Shown: positions 12,219 through 24,160 of the stretch, piece by piece
How the letters are laid out: every line of letters starts with the position of its first letter
Numbering within the stretch: position 1 is the stretch's first letter
Assembly (NCBI GenBank): GCA_973895155.1
Contig: OZ316895.1
Coordinates: 6,994,184-7,058,183 of the forward strand
Direction of reading: 5' to 3'
Length of the DNA stretch: 64,000 bases
Origin: Marsupella aquatica
Taxonomy: Eukaryota > Plantae > Marchantiophyta
Notes under the pieces: generated by a model
The model's input: the letters and a program-made list of their open reading frames with translations, nothing else
Database searches by the model: none
What the model was told of the DNA's origin: nothing
Made by a program: the position numbers and the translations under genes

Positions 12219-12549
12219 TCATGCATCCCGAAATCAAATCCTCAATCACCAAATCCCGTCACCCGTAGCAATGTCAATTCCCTGGCCCGAAACAGCCCCC
12301 GCATCCCGATCAATCGATTACTCTCAATTCCCCCAGAAGCCACTCCGTGCTGCTGCCGCTAATGCCCGGAAGAATCAGGCCACCAAGCCCCACCAATCTA
12401 CCATGAGAGAGAGCTTCAAAAATAATTAGAAGGTGAGAGCTTTCGGCAAGGTGTTGGGAGAGAACTTCGAGTTTTGCTTTCGGCAAGGAGAGGGTCGTGC
12501 AAAAGAGGGAGAAAAGAAGGGAAGAAAAAAAACCAAAAAAATCCCCCCT

Positions 12550-13290
12550 GACACCTCCTTTCGCCTTGCGCCCCGGGCCCTCCTTTAATGGCCCTCCCCG
12601 GTGCCCTCTTTCGCCTGGCTTGCGGGAGCCCTAAATGCCCTGGGCACGCAGCCCTATGGGCTCGCCCCGGCCACCTGCCATCTCACTTTTCTCACGGGAG
12701 TCCCGGCTGCGCTCTCGCCCCGATGCCCCCCTGCGCCACTCGCGGGAGCACTTAGTGCTCGGCTACTCGCGGTTCAAACGGGGGATTTAATTCCCCCCCG
12801 ACAGCCCTCTTTCGCCTCACGGCCACCCCCCGTAGCGCCCTCTTTCGCCTGGCTCGCGGGAGCCCTAAATGCCCTGGGCACGTAGCCCTATGGGCTCACG
12901 GGAGGGTTTTAATACCCCCCCTTTACTCCTCGGCTGCGGCCCGGCTGCCCTTGCCCTGCTCGCGGGAGCCCTTACCTGGGGATTCCACGTGGCGGCCCTA
13001 GGGCTGCCCCTTATGGGCCCTTAAGTGCTCGCCCACTGCTAGGCCACTTAAGGGGTATTTAACCCCCCTCCGCGACCTTCCTGCACCGGCCTCCCTACTT
13101 GGTACTCGCGGTGCCCCTTAAGGGGGAATTTTAATTTCTCCCCCACCCTCGGCGCCTCGCTTCCTTCAGCTCGCGGGGCTCCCCTCAAACGGGGGATTTA
13201 ATTCCCCCCTTTCTTCTCCTGAACGCGGCCCTATGCAGGGCTCGCGACAGCCTCCTCCCTGTCCAGCCCGGCTCCGGCTGCCCATAAAAA
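12550..13290. repeat. GC-rich internally repetitive block in the E3 LTR
   Basis: ctctttcgcctggc(t/c)gcgggagccctaaatgccctgggcacg at ~12606 and ~12840; caaacgggggatttaattccccc at ~12775 and ~13186; many ctcgcgg motifs. Confidence 0.7.
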
Positions 13291-13544
13291 AAACTTCCCC
13301 CTAATCACACTGCCGGGGTCACCTCTACTCAAAAACTTCCTTGCTCCCGGTCCTGTTTTATTTCTTCTTCCCACCAACCTTGCTATTGAGTTCTCTAAAA
13401 ATGGCCCTAAAATAATGGGGAGTCCCCCAAAGGCAGGGCCCTCCTCCCAACATAATTGCAGAACAATTAGGGGATAAAAATAAATACAGTTCTTCGGTCA
13501 CAGGTGATGAAAAAATGGTTATTTACAATGGTTATTTACACTGC

Positions 13545-16500
13545 TGTGATGCCTAGACAGGAATCACTCGGCCAGTTAAGTGGGTAAAGCAGGAAGGCAC
13601 CCTAGGAACACCTTAGTATAGGGACAAAACAAGGAAAATATAAACCATTAGGGGCAACCATGGAACCCGGGCCGAGGCCGGAGGTAAGGACGCTGAGGGT
13701 GAAAACTCGATTAGGGTTAGGGCTCGTTAAGCGTCGGCGGCTAGGAAGGATCAACGGGAAGAAGGACCGGCAGAGGAGAGGGGTAAGGAGCGCTTGCAGG
13801 AGATGGTGGCTCATTTGCGAGCACGAACTAGGCAGACGACTACGGGAGGCCAACTACTGTCAGCTGCTTAGGCAAGCACTCGGGGAGAGAGTAGATACCG
13901 ACAATCGACCTAAGGAGGGTATGAGCAACGTCAATCAAGCGGCACATTTCTGGGGATGCCTGTTCGAACGGGCAACTGAGTACATCAAGACTTACGAGGA
14001 CGAGGAATCAGAAAGGGCAGCTCGAGAACGGCAGGAGCTCGCTCGATTGTGGGAGCTGCAGAAGACAGCTTTCTTAGGAGGCGAACTCATCAAGGACGAG
14101 TTCCTGTGGACGCCTACTTCCAATCAACTCGACGATCTTCTGTTTTGCAAAGATAGCGTCGTCGGCATCCGAGAGGCCATCAAGAACTGCAATGACATAC
14201 ACTGGGAATTAAAGGGTAGCACGGAAAGGTGGACCCAGGCAACGGTGCTAGGAGAAACCTCCACAGCAGCAGAGATGAAGAGGAAGGGAGCCGTCAACGA
14301 TGAAGCCACCCCGGAAAAAAGAACGAGGTCGGCGGCACCAAAGAAGCCAGCCGAGCAGCAGAGCAGGAGGCAGGGAGAAGCCGAAGAGGAGGAGGTCGAT
14401 CCCATCAAGGTCATTCCAACCAGGGATGACACCTGGAAGGGCTGGGCGGCAACCCTACCGGTGGAGGTGCAACTACATTTTGCACGGGAGGAGGATGCAT
14501 GCTTCACGGCCATGCAGACCAAGAAGTACCAAGGCTTCATGGCCGGATCCGGCTTAGAGGCCTTTGTAAGATTACCATGGCTGAAGCCGGAGGTACCGGA
14601 GTCAGACCTATTAGAATTCGTGGGGTCATGGGAACCCGAGACCAATTGCACGAGGATATATGGGAAGGATTTCTATCTTACTCCCAAGGTAATTGCCGAA
14701 GTGTTTGGCTTGCCGATAGGCAATAAGACCAAAGTTGATACCAGGAAGACCTTGCCTGACAAGGAGTTCCGGTCGTTCCCCGGGCCATCAACAAAGAATG
14801 GCTTCTTCCGGAACACCTGCACCAACCCGCACATAGGAGAGATGATCGACTTCTTGCGGGTGACCATGCATTGTAACTTGCCGAGGGCAGAGATCGGCAA
14901 GGCACAGGTCTATCTGGCAGAAAGGCCAGACCCAAGCCGGGACTACAACGGGTACCTCCTCAACCAATTGAAGAAGATCTTAAAGGAGGAGCAACAGGTA
15001 ATCGGCATGGGGAGCGTGTCGCGGCTTGGCTATCACATGCCGCTGTTGTGCCGGTATGCCAGAGGTCAGACTTTTGCCCCGGTACTTCCCCTGCAGGTAA
15101 GGGCACCCGAGGAAGCTCCAACACCGAGGCCGTTGGCTGAGAAGCCTCAACCACCTGTTAGCCCTACGATCGAGCAGGTGTTTAGGCCCAGGAAGGAGGA
15201 CTTGCCGATGCAGCAACCAGGCATGCAGAGTCTGTTGAAACTACTGGAGAACGAAAAGAAATCGGCATCGGCAACAACAACGGCAACGGCAACAATGCAG
15301 GACACTACTACAGAGGTAGGCCTACACCGGCTCACAAGAGAAAACCCCTTTGCTGGAGACAAGGAGAGAATCAGGCCGGAATCCAAGCCCGGTGTTCGAA
15401 TGTATGTGGGAATCTCAAGCTCCGAATCTGAGGCAGAATTGCCTGAAGCTCCTACCGACGAAGAGGAGAGGGAGAAGCCGGACGGCCAAGAAGTAGAGGA
15501 GGCAGTGGAGGACTGCAGCCATGATAATTCCGGCTATGGGTCGGACCATCACGTCCCAGGAGTAAGGACCTGTGGCCGGTTTGTCCCCACACTTCCAAGG
15601 GTAGTGCGAGGGGACCCCAACCAGCAGAGTAGCCCTGAGTCTCCCCCACCAGATGTTGCTCCCCCGAGCTTCGACGGCATAAAACAGACGGTGCAGGAAT
15701 TTCAGGAGCGAATCAAGCAGGAAGAGGAGGCAGCCCTGGCTAGGGAAAAGGATTTACCAGGAGGAGATTGGCCGGAGGACATCAGGCGGCTAGCCAAAAA
15801 AGGAAGCAAACCTCTAGCCACGATTGAAGAGATCCGCAAGACGGCTTGGGAGCAGAGGCCGCGATGGGCGATGCCGATTACTTCTACTTACTCCACCTAC
15901 GCTAAGAATAGAGCCATGGAGTATGGTGAGATGTGTGGGGAACTTGCGCTCGGCATCTTTGGAGAGGAGTTGGAGGTAGGACCCTTTTTCCATAGGGAGC
16001 AGTTGGAGAAGCACCAATTAGAAGAAGCGGTGGCTTTAGAGAGAAGCAAGAAGGACGAGGTCATTCGGCGGCTTAGGAGGATGGAAGCCGAGATTGAAGA
16101 TCTAAGGGCGGCCAAGAAAGCCCAAGATGAACTGCGGATTAAACGACATGAGCTGAACATCATGCAGGGGCAGTTGGACACCGCGCAGGCTGATAATCAG
16201 AATATCAAGGATAAACTGACTCAGACGTAGGGAGAGTTGGCCGACACGATCAAAGAGAGGGAGAAGTGGAAGCAAGAGCTGAAGAATACAGAGGAGGCCC
16301 ACATAACAGCCAACAGCCGGGCCATGGCGGAGACCCAAAGAAAGGAATGGGCGTTGAAGGGGGAGCTCGAGAAAATCCGCGGAGCCCTTGAGCAGAAGGA
16401 GGCCGAGTTAGGGAAATCCTATCAAGGGATTATGGCGCTACAGCAGGAGCTTGCGTCCCTGACGGCCAGCTTCAAGGCCGACCTAAGGGAGAAGGACGAG

Positions 16501-18207
16501 ATGCTCGAACAGACTTACGCCAAGATGAACCAGATGGAGTCTGTCATCATTGCAGAGCTCGACAAGGAGCTAAGAGCAACCCAGGAGGAGAGGACTACCT
16601 TGAAACAAGAACGGGAGGAAGCCCAGAAGGAACTAGAGGAGGCACGCAAGGACCTGGATGAGACCCAGGAGGAGTTGGAGGAAATCACGAGGAAGATGGA
16701 GAACCTCCAGCGGCGGGCCGACAACCAAACGGAGCGGCTGAAGAAACAAGCCGCAGTATTTAAGTGCTTGTCTTCATCAGGCCCAACTCCAATTGGGGCA
16801 ACCAAGTTACCAGGAGTGGTACTGGCCGAAGAAAAAGCCGCGCCACCTGCACCAGTGCCGGAAGTAAGTGGGAAGGGGAAGGGACCAGCTGCCGAACCAG
16901 AAAAGAAGAAGAAACGGAAACCTTCAGGGTCAAAGAGTAATCCGACTCCACAAGCCGTGATGACCAAGGAGGTAGAACTAGCACCATCCTCCGGCATGAA
17001 TACGGCAATAGATCCCGCTATCATCACAGGTGGGGGTGGTGCGGCCCAAGCCGAACTACTCAGTAATGAGGCCGGTATCCCAGATCCGCCTCTTGAGCAG
17101 GCCGGGAAGACCCAAGCCGTGGCTGAGGCCGTAACCGGTTCCCGAGCCGATGCCGACGCCGATGGTGGACCCAATCAGGGCGATGGAGAGTTGACTCAGT
17201 CAAGGGCAGGTAATCTGTCAGAGAATGAACCTACGGCAGTGGCTGAGGAGGAAGCGTTGGGGGCGTCCATTGAGGATCCACCACCGGTGTCGTGACGGTG
17301 CAAGGGCGCCGTTCCTTTTAGGGAGGGCGGACGTGGAGGGAGGAGGCGTGAGTGGGCAGGGCGGGCGCTGATCTCCAAGTTTAGGATTAGGATCAGGACC
17401 AGGAGCGGCCCTGACACTTAGCTTAGTGGGATTGCGGTTCCACTGGTAGGAGCAACACTTGTGCTCCTGCCTTGCTGTACATAGGTAGATTCGGGCAAGT
17501 AGATTACTGTTAAGTAGATTAGGCTTACGATGCAAAGAATGGCGGATCCACTACCAGGATAAGTACCTGGGCAGCGGGGAGCTCAGGGCCTCTTCTTTAG
17601 CAAGTTTTTAGTTTGCACCAGCCGGGCTGGGATCAAGTAGTACGAGAAGCTCTCGGTTAGTCATACAGTGACCCTTGTGTATATTCATGTTTCCTCATGC
17701 CTAAGAGCTGAATAGAGTTGGCCTCACGGCTTAGTTCGCGAAAGTTGTGTATGAGATGTACTGTTTGTATGGCAAGTGCATGGTATGACTTAGTCAGAAT
17801 GAGTCATTTTGCTATTTGTGTGTCGCATTAACTTGTGTGAAGAGTGCCCACATCAACCAAAAGGAAGGAAAGTAAGCAGGGGAGTGAGAGTTGGATGTGT
17901 CGAGCTGAGAGAGGTCTTAGCGGCTTAACCAAGCCTATTGGGGATCATTCCGGCGGCGGAATCCAAACATACCTAACAAGACGGAGGGGAAGACAGGGGA
18001 AGGCCTAGATTAGGCCGGCTACGTATCTCATGACCCGATGAAGGATCTGTCCAGTATATGTGTGTAAAATGTTAATAGTAGTAGTAGAAGGTTAGCAGCG
18101 TCCCATGCCGCTAAGCCGCGGAAACGGCCTCGCCAAGCGCGAAACCTGCGGGAATCGGCTTGAGCTGGGGGGTTTCTTGGGTTTAGGGAGCCATGGCACG
18201 CACCACA
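13545..18207 (+). mobile_element. A2: complete 4663-bp TG...CA solo-LTR-like coding unit
   Basis: TGTGATGCC...GCACCACA with a perfect 5-bp TSD ACTGC (13540-13544, 18208-18212); the flanks rejoin into the E3 LTR. Confidence 0.93.
13660..17295 (+). pseudogene. Unit-A ORF, ~1211 codons with one premature stop: putative plant-TE accessory domain plus long coiled coil
   Basis: ORFs 13660-16230 and 16237-17295 are in frame across a TAG that is CAA (Gln) in A3. GLEAFVRLPW...EFVGSW...YGKDFYLTPKVIAEVFGLP recalls PMD/ATHILA-ORF1-like folds. E/K/L/A-rich coiled coil, KKKKRK NLS-like run. Confidence 0.8.
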
Positions 18208-21200
18208 ACTGCGCGACACTCCGCAACCAAGTTATTCATGATTTTATGTGACGGGGACCCCGTCACAGCAAGGGGCATAACTCATTAAATGTCCTTATTT
18301 GTGACCAAAAAGGTTTTGGGTTTAATGAAGTGGGGTTCATGGAGGTTGGACCATGGAGGGATGGTCAAGATATTCTTGGCCATTACTAAATCCATCTATA
18401 AAAGGTCAAGATGCACAAAGGTAGATTTGTACCGGTCCTTTTTCATACATTAGAGCTAGGTCACATTCTTGCACCGGGAATATTGCATTTTAGGACCGGA
18501 TATAATGTTGGGCAACCTTAATCCTGATTACGGCGTGCAATAAAATGTTACTACCGACCATGTATGTGCAAATATGACCATTCATTGCCTAAGTTGGCCA
18601 TGCAGTAACACTTTGTAGCTTTGTCCCACTTTGGGTGACACTCAACGGCTCACTCAAACGGTAAGGCTGAGTGGCTTCCCCTAATTTGGTTTCAGGCACT
18701 AAACTTCACTTTGGGAGTCTCTTTGGAGTTTTCGCCATTGTCATTGAACTTAGAACGTGAGGGGTGGAGTGTTCGGGGTTTTACGTAGGGTTTTCCTTTC
18801 AGTGTTGCCCACTTTTTGCGACCATTGCGGAGTGAACTTCCCACGCGTTATGTGCTTGTTTATGCTCTCGAGGAGCAGTGTTCAGGCAGTTGCGGTGATC
18901 TAACCTTGCGCTTGCAGTCTACTCATAGACCTGCATTCCTGCTCGATCTCCTTTAGGGACATTTAGTTTTTGGCTGGTAGGGCGAAGAAGGTTGTGGCTA
19001 CTGCAACGTTCGTGAGGAGCTTGTCGGAGTTTGAGGAGTCGGAGGTTGGGGTTTCTTCAAGGTTTTGGGTGACAATCTCGGTCACAGTTGTGGTATAGAC
19101 CCTTTTGCTCGTTATGGGCTCATTGGGAGGTCCTTCAGTTGTCAAGCTGCCGTTGAGCTGGTGAAGTTGCATGCGGGTTGCATCTGTTCTGTGGACACAG
19201 TCAGTGTGGGAATCCATATTTTCATAGTGCTTGTTCTTGCAAACTGGGAGCCGAGAGTTTGGAGTCGGGAGCTAAGAAGGGTATTGTTAGGCTTCAATTA
19301 CTCTGTGGTTTTCTCCAGCTCCATGGTACAGTTTCAATGTTAATGCTTTGTCCTTGTGCTGGTCTAGGTAGCGCGAGCTTCTACCTATTGCGCCCTCTTG
19401 CTGTAAGCGTATTGAGCTGCCAACTGAGTGATTCATACCTGTAGCTGCTTACGCGTGATCAAGAGATTGAACAAATGCCTAGTGCTGTCCAGCAGGAGAA
19501 AACTCTTTTTGGTCATGATCGGGCGTTGGAATATAACTAAGTGTGGCAGAGCAACACGGGGAGCTGTAGAGTTGCAGACAAGACGCAACTACAGAGGAGG
19601 CATTGGGAAGGACACAACGGTGCGGTGAAGGTACAAGGACCGTGGACCCTAACTTGTTTGCTGCCTTGGGAGGATCCGGAGAGCCCGAGGCGACATGCTT
19701 CATTGAGCCTGAGCTAGCTGAATCCAATCCAGGAGTTGTTGCGCTAAGGTGAGACTTTGAGTTTAGGGTTGCTTCAGTGTCCGAGTAGGTTTTCTCTTTG
19801 CGTCGGCAGCTAGAAGGTAAGCTTGGGGGCTTTACAAAGGGTTAGTGTTGCGGACTTTCCCTCCTGGACGTTGTGTGTCTTCATTTGCAACTTGTTTGTG
19901 GACCTGTGATCCTAAGATTGTCAAAATTGTTGTGGCCGCACTGACAACTTGATGACGCGTTTTGTGGATGCACCGTTAGTAATCGCGAGTACAGCTCTCC
20001 AACAATTGCACTTACCATTTTTGACCACCTTGCATGATGTCCATCCGTGGGCTGGACCCCAAGAAGTAGATTTCGGTAGATTTTGGTAGATTTTGTCTCT
20101 GCCCCCGGTCCTCATTTTGTGCAATGTCCGCCTGGCACTTGGTTCTTGATCCCTACATTATCGTCTGCCGCTCGGCTGCTTGCGGAAGGGATCAAACAGA
20201 TTGGAGGTGCTTGGTCTTTTCATTTTGAGTGTCAGAGTTTAGGAGGACAGCTTGCACCATCGCCGACAAGAATGACCTGCTTGCAGAACAAGAGGGACGA
20301 GCGTGAGCTGCTTGTAGAATAGGAGATTGACCGCGAGCACGAGCTGCTTGAAAAGAGGAGACTGAGGGCAACCTGCTTCTTTGTTGCTACTCTGGTTGCG
20401 CTGCTACATTGGTTGTTGATCTTCACCCACCCACTTGCCTACTCAATTGACAGAGTACAGCTTTGTCTCTGCGTCTGTTACTGCTGTCTTTGTCCCTCCC
20501 CTTGAAATTGTGGGCCTTAAAAGGTCAGTAAGTTGGCTTATGTAGTTTTTATGTCCCTCCGCTATGTCAATGCGTGTTTCATTGCATCAGGGCATCAGTC
20601 GTTGTTTGCCTATAACCGGACTGTTCATTCTCTGTCCACTCATTTGATGTAATTCTTCCCATTGCCGCCCAATGCTATGGCGCCCATGCTACAATTTGTG
20701 GTTTTTGTCTAAGCACAAATCCTCTCTATGCCTGGTCTCTGTGTCCCGTCATTTGGATTGATTGTGTAGACGTTTCCTCTTCTCCCAGTCCTTGTCATCC
20801 ACCAGCCAAAGCACATTGGATTGTTTTCAAAGGAGGGCTGTGTAGTTTGGAGGGTTTGATCTATGCAGCGGATTTGAGCAGATTGGCGGTTGTTAGTTTC
20901 TTCTTGTAAAACCTGTCTGTCTTTTCTGCTTTTGGCCATGCTCCTTCACTTCTTGCTGCAAGCTCAATGTGCTTCAGCTATGGCAATATTCACTTACCCT
21001 ATCCCAATGGCACTACCGTGAGCTATAGGACAGCCAACAGAAGCAGATTGTATCGATTGCATGTAAGTCAGGGTATTTTATGTATTGCGGAACAACTGTC
21101 CAAGTTTGCTGCAATGGCCGGTCTTGCGCAGCTGAATGAGCCAATTTCATTTTCCCTGTGCACTTCTATTTCTCAGAGAATTCCCTGGTCATGCTCATTT

Positions 21201-21762
21201 CCCCCAGAGTTAGAAAACAAAGAAGAAGAGCTGACTAATTGTAATTCCAATCCATATCCTGATCGGTCAAGGATTGTTCACTACATTGGCCTTGTCATTG
21301 GCCGAGGTCACCAAATTTTGCTTGGTTTCATTCCTGTGGAGCACTGCTGTGATGGATTTGTCATAGCATTCTGCAAACTCTCACGGTTTGCTTATGGCCA
21401 TTATTTGCAATTTGCTGCTACTAATATGTCTTCTTCTGAGCAGCATACACCAGAAGTAGCAATAGTGGAGGTTTAACTGCACATCAACACATCTAGTGAA
21501 CTACCTCTCTGCTGCTCACTGGAGGGTGAGACTTTCACTCTTTCTGGATATTGTAGTTTGTAAGCAAGTTGATTAGGAGTGTTTCATGCTATGTTTACAC
21601 TGTGACCCCTAGCTGGAACCAATGGAATGACACAGTGAGTGGGAACTGATAATTTAAGGTTGGTTGCTGTTGGTGAGGCAAGTACAGCTCCTACTCACCT
21701 TGCTGATCGAAGGTGCTTATCAGAGGACGTGAACACACGACATCTCCACAAAAGCAACACTT

Positions 21763-22212
21763 ATGGTGAGGACCCGCAACGCTGAACATGTGCGGCTTGC
21801 ACGCAAGGCAGAGATGTTGCGCCTTGAGTATGTCAGACTTGGGATCCTTCCAGCCCAGTTTGCATGGTACTTTGAGTACCCAGTTGTTGCCAGGAACAAC
21901 TACAGCCGGCCTGTACCTGCTTCTCCACCCTTCCCAACATCCTTGGTATTTCTGTCTCTCATACATGACCCGCCACAAATTAGGGCCCAAGGGTGTGTGC
22001 ACAGTTGCCAATATGACTGTCCTGCCTGTAGGGCTTCTGGCCTAGAGTTGGATGACCGTTCTCTTGGATGTCGGTTTTTTCACAGAGCACAATGTATCAT
22101 CTGGAACCACTCGTCATCCTGTAGTGTGCCTGGCGATGTCACTTGTCCTGCCCTCCCAGACCCCACCACCGGTCACTTTGGTGTCTACACATGTTTGGAT
22201 CACACGCTCTAG
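21763..22212 (+). CDS. CACTA cargo 1: small protein with a Cys/His-rich PHD/RING-like C-terminus
   Basis: ATG ORF of 149 aa; CVHSC..DCPAC...GCRFFHRAQC...YTCLDH pattern. Confidence 0.5.
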   Translation: MVRTRNAEHVRLARKAEMLRLEYVRLGILPAQFAWYFEYPVVARNNYSRPVPASPPFPTSLVFLSLIHDPPQIRAQGCVHSCQYDCPACRASGLELDDRSLGCRFFHRAQCIIWNHSSSCSVPGDVTCPALPDPTTGHFGVYTCLDHTL

Positions 22213-22881
22213 AGGACCACTTGTGTCACCGCATGCACAAACCAGAGACCATTGACCTATAACTTAACACTTTGACTTGAACAGAGAGGATATTTACTTA
22301 AGATTTTGAATTATGACCAATTTTGGGTCCAGGGTTTAGGGTCAACAGTACATAACTTATCCTATTATGGCTGCACTAAGTACAATATCCTAATTTAAGA
22401 GGCTAGCAAGCTCACTTAAAAGTCTCCTTTCAAAGACTGGAATTAATGGGCCATGTGATAACCTGGAAAAAGTGATTTCTGCCTAACTTATTTGTCTCAT
22501 TCACTATCATAGCCTATTTAGGATGTATAAATTACAACCCTGATCACAGTGCTTGATACCAATCCTGTTCAAAAAATGCCTGTTTTACATGTCACGACTG
22601 TTATATGTGATTCAAATGCATTAAATCTTGTTGCAGATCTCCTTTGGTGAATCATAGCCACAAAATTGAGGTGTAGGTGGAGCTATTGTACGAGGGGACC
22701 AGTTTTTAGTGTGGGCTCAACAAACCAAAAAGTATGTCTACTCTGCACATGTGTGTGAACATTTCATTGCAGTAGCAATTGCCACTCTAGTCTATATGCT
22801 ACACTGTACTTTTTGTACACTGCACTAAATTGTATTGTCTGTGCACTCTGCTAAATTATACTATCTGTCTCATGCGTAGGC

Positions 22882-23562
22882 ATGGCACGCCCTAAAATCC
22901 GAGCCAAGAAGCGGGGGATAGAGGTGAGCAACACAGGTGTAGTTGGGCCAGATGGTAGTAACTTCTCCGCAAGTCAGATTTTCCAGAAGGCAGCTCATTG
23001 TTGTGCCATTTGTGACGATGGTGGTGGCGTAGCCATATGTGAGGGCCCTTGCATGAGGCATTTCCACCTCAACCCGGAGTCTGACCTTGCTGCAGAAAAC
23101 AACTGTCTAGGGGTGGGCCTCCCGTCAGCACACCAGGGAGGCTGGATGTGCACTGATTGTTTGGAGAAGCAGGCTAAGTGTGCACAGTGTGGGAAGTTGG
23201 GGTCTTATGAGGGCTCTGTTGATGCTCCACCACTTGTTAGGAAATGCCCTGACAGATATTGTGTGAGGTTCTTTTGTTTTTCATGTTTGCCCGATCTTGC
23301 CACAGCTTGCCCACTTCATAAGTGCAAGGCATGTGGTCAGCATGATGAAGATTTATGGGTGGACATAGTCCACTGTGTTAGGTGTCCCACCATGTGGCAC
23401 TTTCATTGTTTGAAGGAGCGTCAAGCAGAAGGCTATGCTTGTGACAGACACATCTATGATCACTCTGCACATGGTGTTGATCAATGGATCTTTTATTGTC
23501 ATCGCCATGCCATAGATCCTACTTTGCACACTCCCATGAGAGATCACATTTCTTGGCTTTGA
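22882..23562 (+). CDS. CACTA cargo 2: stand-alone EDM2/NSD-type multi-PHD finger protein
   Basis: CAICDDGG..ICEGPCMRHFH...CTDC...KCAQCGKLGS...CPLHKCKAC...CVRCPTMWHFHCL...FYCHRHAIDPTLHTPMRDHI parallels the EDM2 PHD region as recalled (CAICDNGG..CEGSCLRSFH...CPLHKC..C...CRRCP..YH..CL...YC..HEID..L.TP.RDH). Basic N-terminus. Confidence 0.82.
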   Translation: MARPKIRAKKRGIEVSNTGVVGPDGSNFSASQIFQKAAHCCAICDDGGGVAICEGPCMRHFHLNPESDLAAENNCLGVGLPSAHQGGWMCTDCLEKQAKCAQCGKLGSYEGSVDAPPLVRKCPDRYCVRFFCFSCLPDLATACPLHKCKACGQHDEDLWVDIVHCVRCPTMWHFHCLKERQAEGYACDRHIYDHSAHGVDQWIFYCHRHAIDPTLHTPMRDHISWL

Positions 23563-24160
23563 ACCTGAATAATGTACATGCATAGTGCACCTGATGTGGA
23601 TACCTTGGAGATTGCAGACATTCCAATTTTGAGAAGAAGGACCTCTGTAGGAGAGGATGCTTAGGCAACAAGTACCCTAAGTTCATTACTTGTTCCTGGG
23701 TACATGCCTTCAAAAACTCCCCTTAAGCCTTCTAGGAACTTTTTTAACTCTGCAATCATTTTGATCACGACTTACATGACACTGCTTAAATTAAATCAGG
23801 ACTTCTCATTATGAGCATATAAGTTACAAGGCTATTTAATTTGCGAGAATTCCCTTAAAGTGTACCAACATTTTGTATTCTCATTGAATGTCTGCCCATT
23901 TACAACATCTGTATGTGGCATCACAAAACAATTGCACTTGTCACCTTCAATATTGTGAAGGCACATATTCAAACTATGAGGTGCATGCTTGCAGGTGTCT
24001 AGTACGTTTGTCCCAATATTTCTCCCGTTTGGAATCGGAGCAGAGACTCACCAGACGATTGGACTGGACCAAGTTATAAACGCAGCATTTTAAGGGCCCT
24101 CCGATTATCAGGTGAACGCATTATCTTCTGGTCTGCAGTGATTAGGTGGCCCGTGTGTAC

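Larger units (their letters stand above)
4559..18267 (-). mobile_element. E3: second copy of the E1 gypsy family, nearly intact internally, 3' LTR lost except ~11 bp
   Basis: 5' LTR 18267-11190, PBS 11170-11153, gag-pol, PPT (aagagaggagcta), then only tgtgacggggt of the 3' LTR. Confidence 0.92.
11190..18267 (-). repeat. E3 5' LTR (~2.4 kb after removing A2)
   Basis: Begins TGTGACGGGGTCCCCGTCACA and ends ...AAGTGACA; both ends resemble the E1 3' LTR (gtaaataaccattgtaaataa; tcaagccagagtagtgagg). Confidence 0.88.

Noticed and set aside
16228-16230. Two separate genes (856 aa and 352 aa) in unit A2
   Set aside because: They are in frame and A3 reads through with a Gln codon; this is a premature stop.
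2099-18207. A1 and A2 as the two LTRs of one element enclosing the antisense gag-pol
   Set aside because: Each has its own TSD (AGAAT, ACTGC), and the gag-pol has its own LTR, PBS and PPT.
18800-21500. Additional CACTA cargo genes (ORFs 19065, 19178, 20083, 20967)
   Set aside because: No recognisable motifs and several broken frames; could be decayed cargo but cannot be supported.
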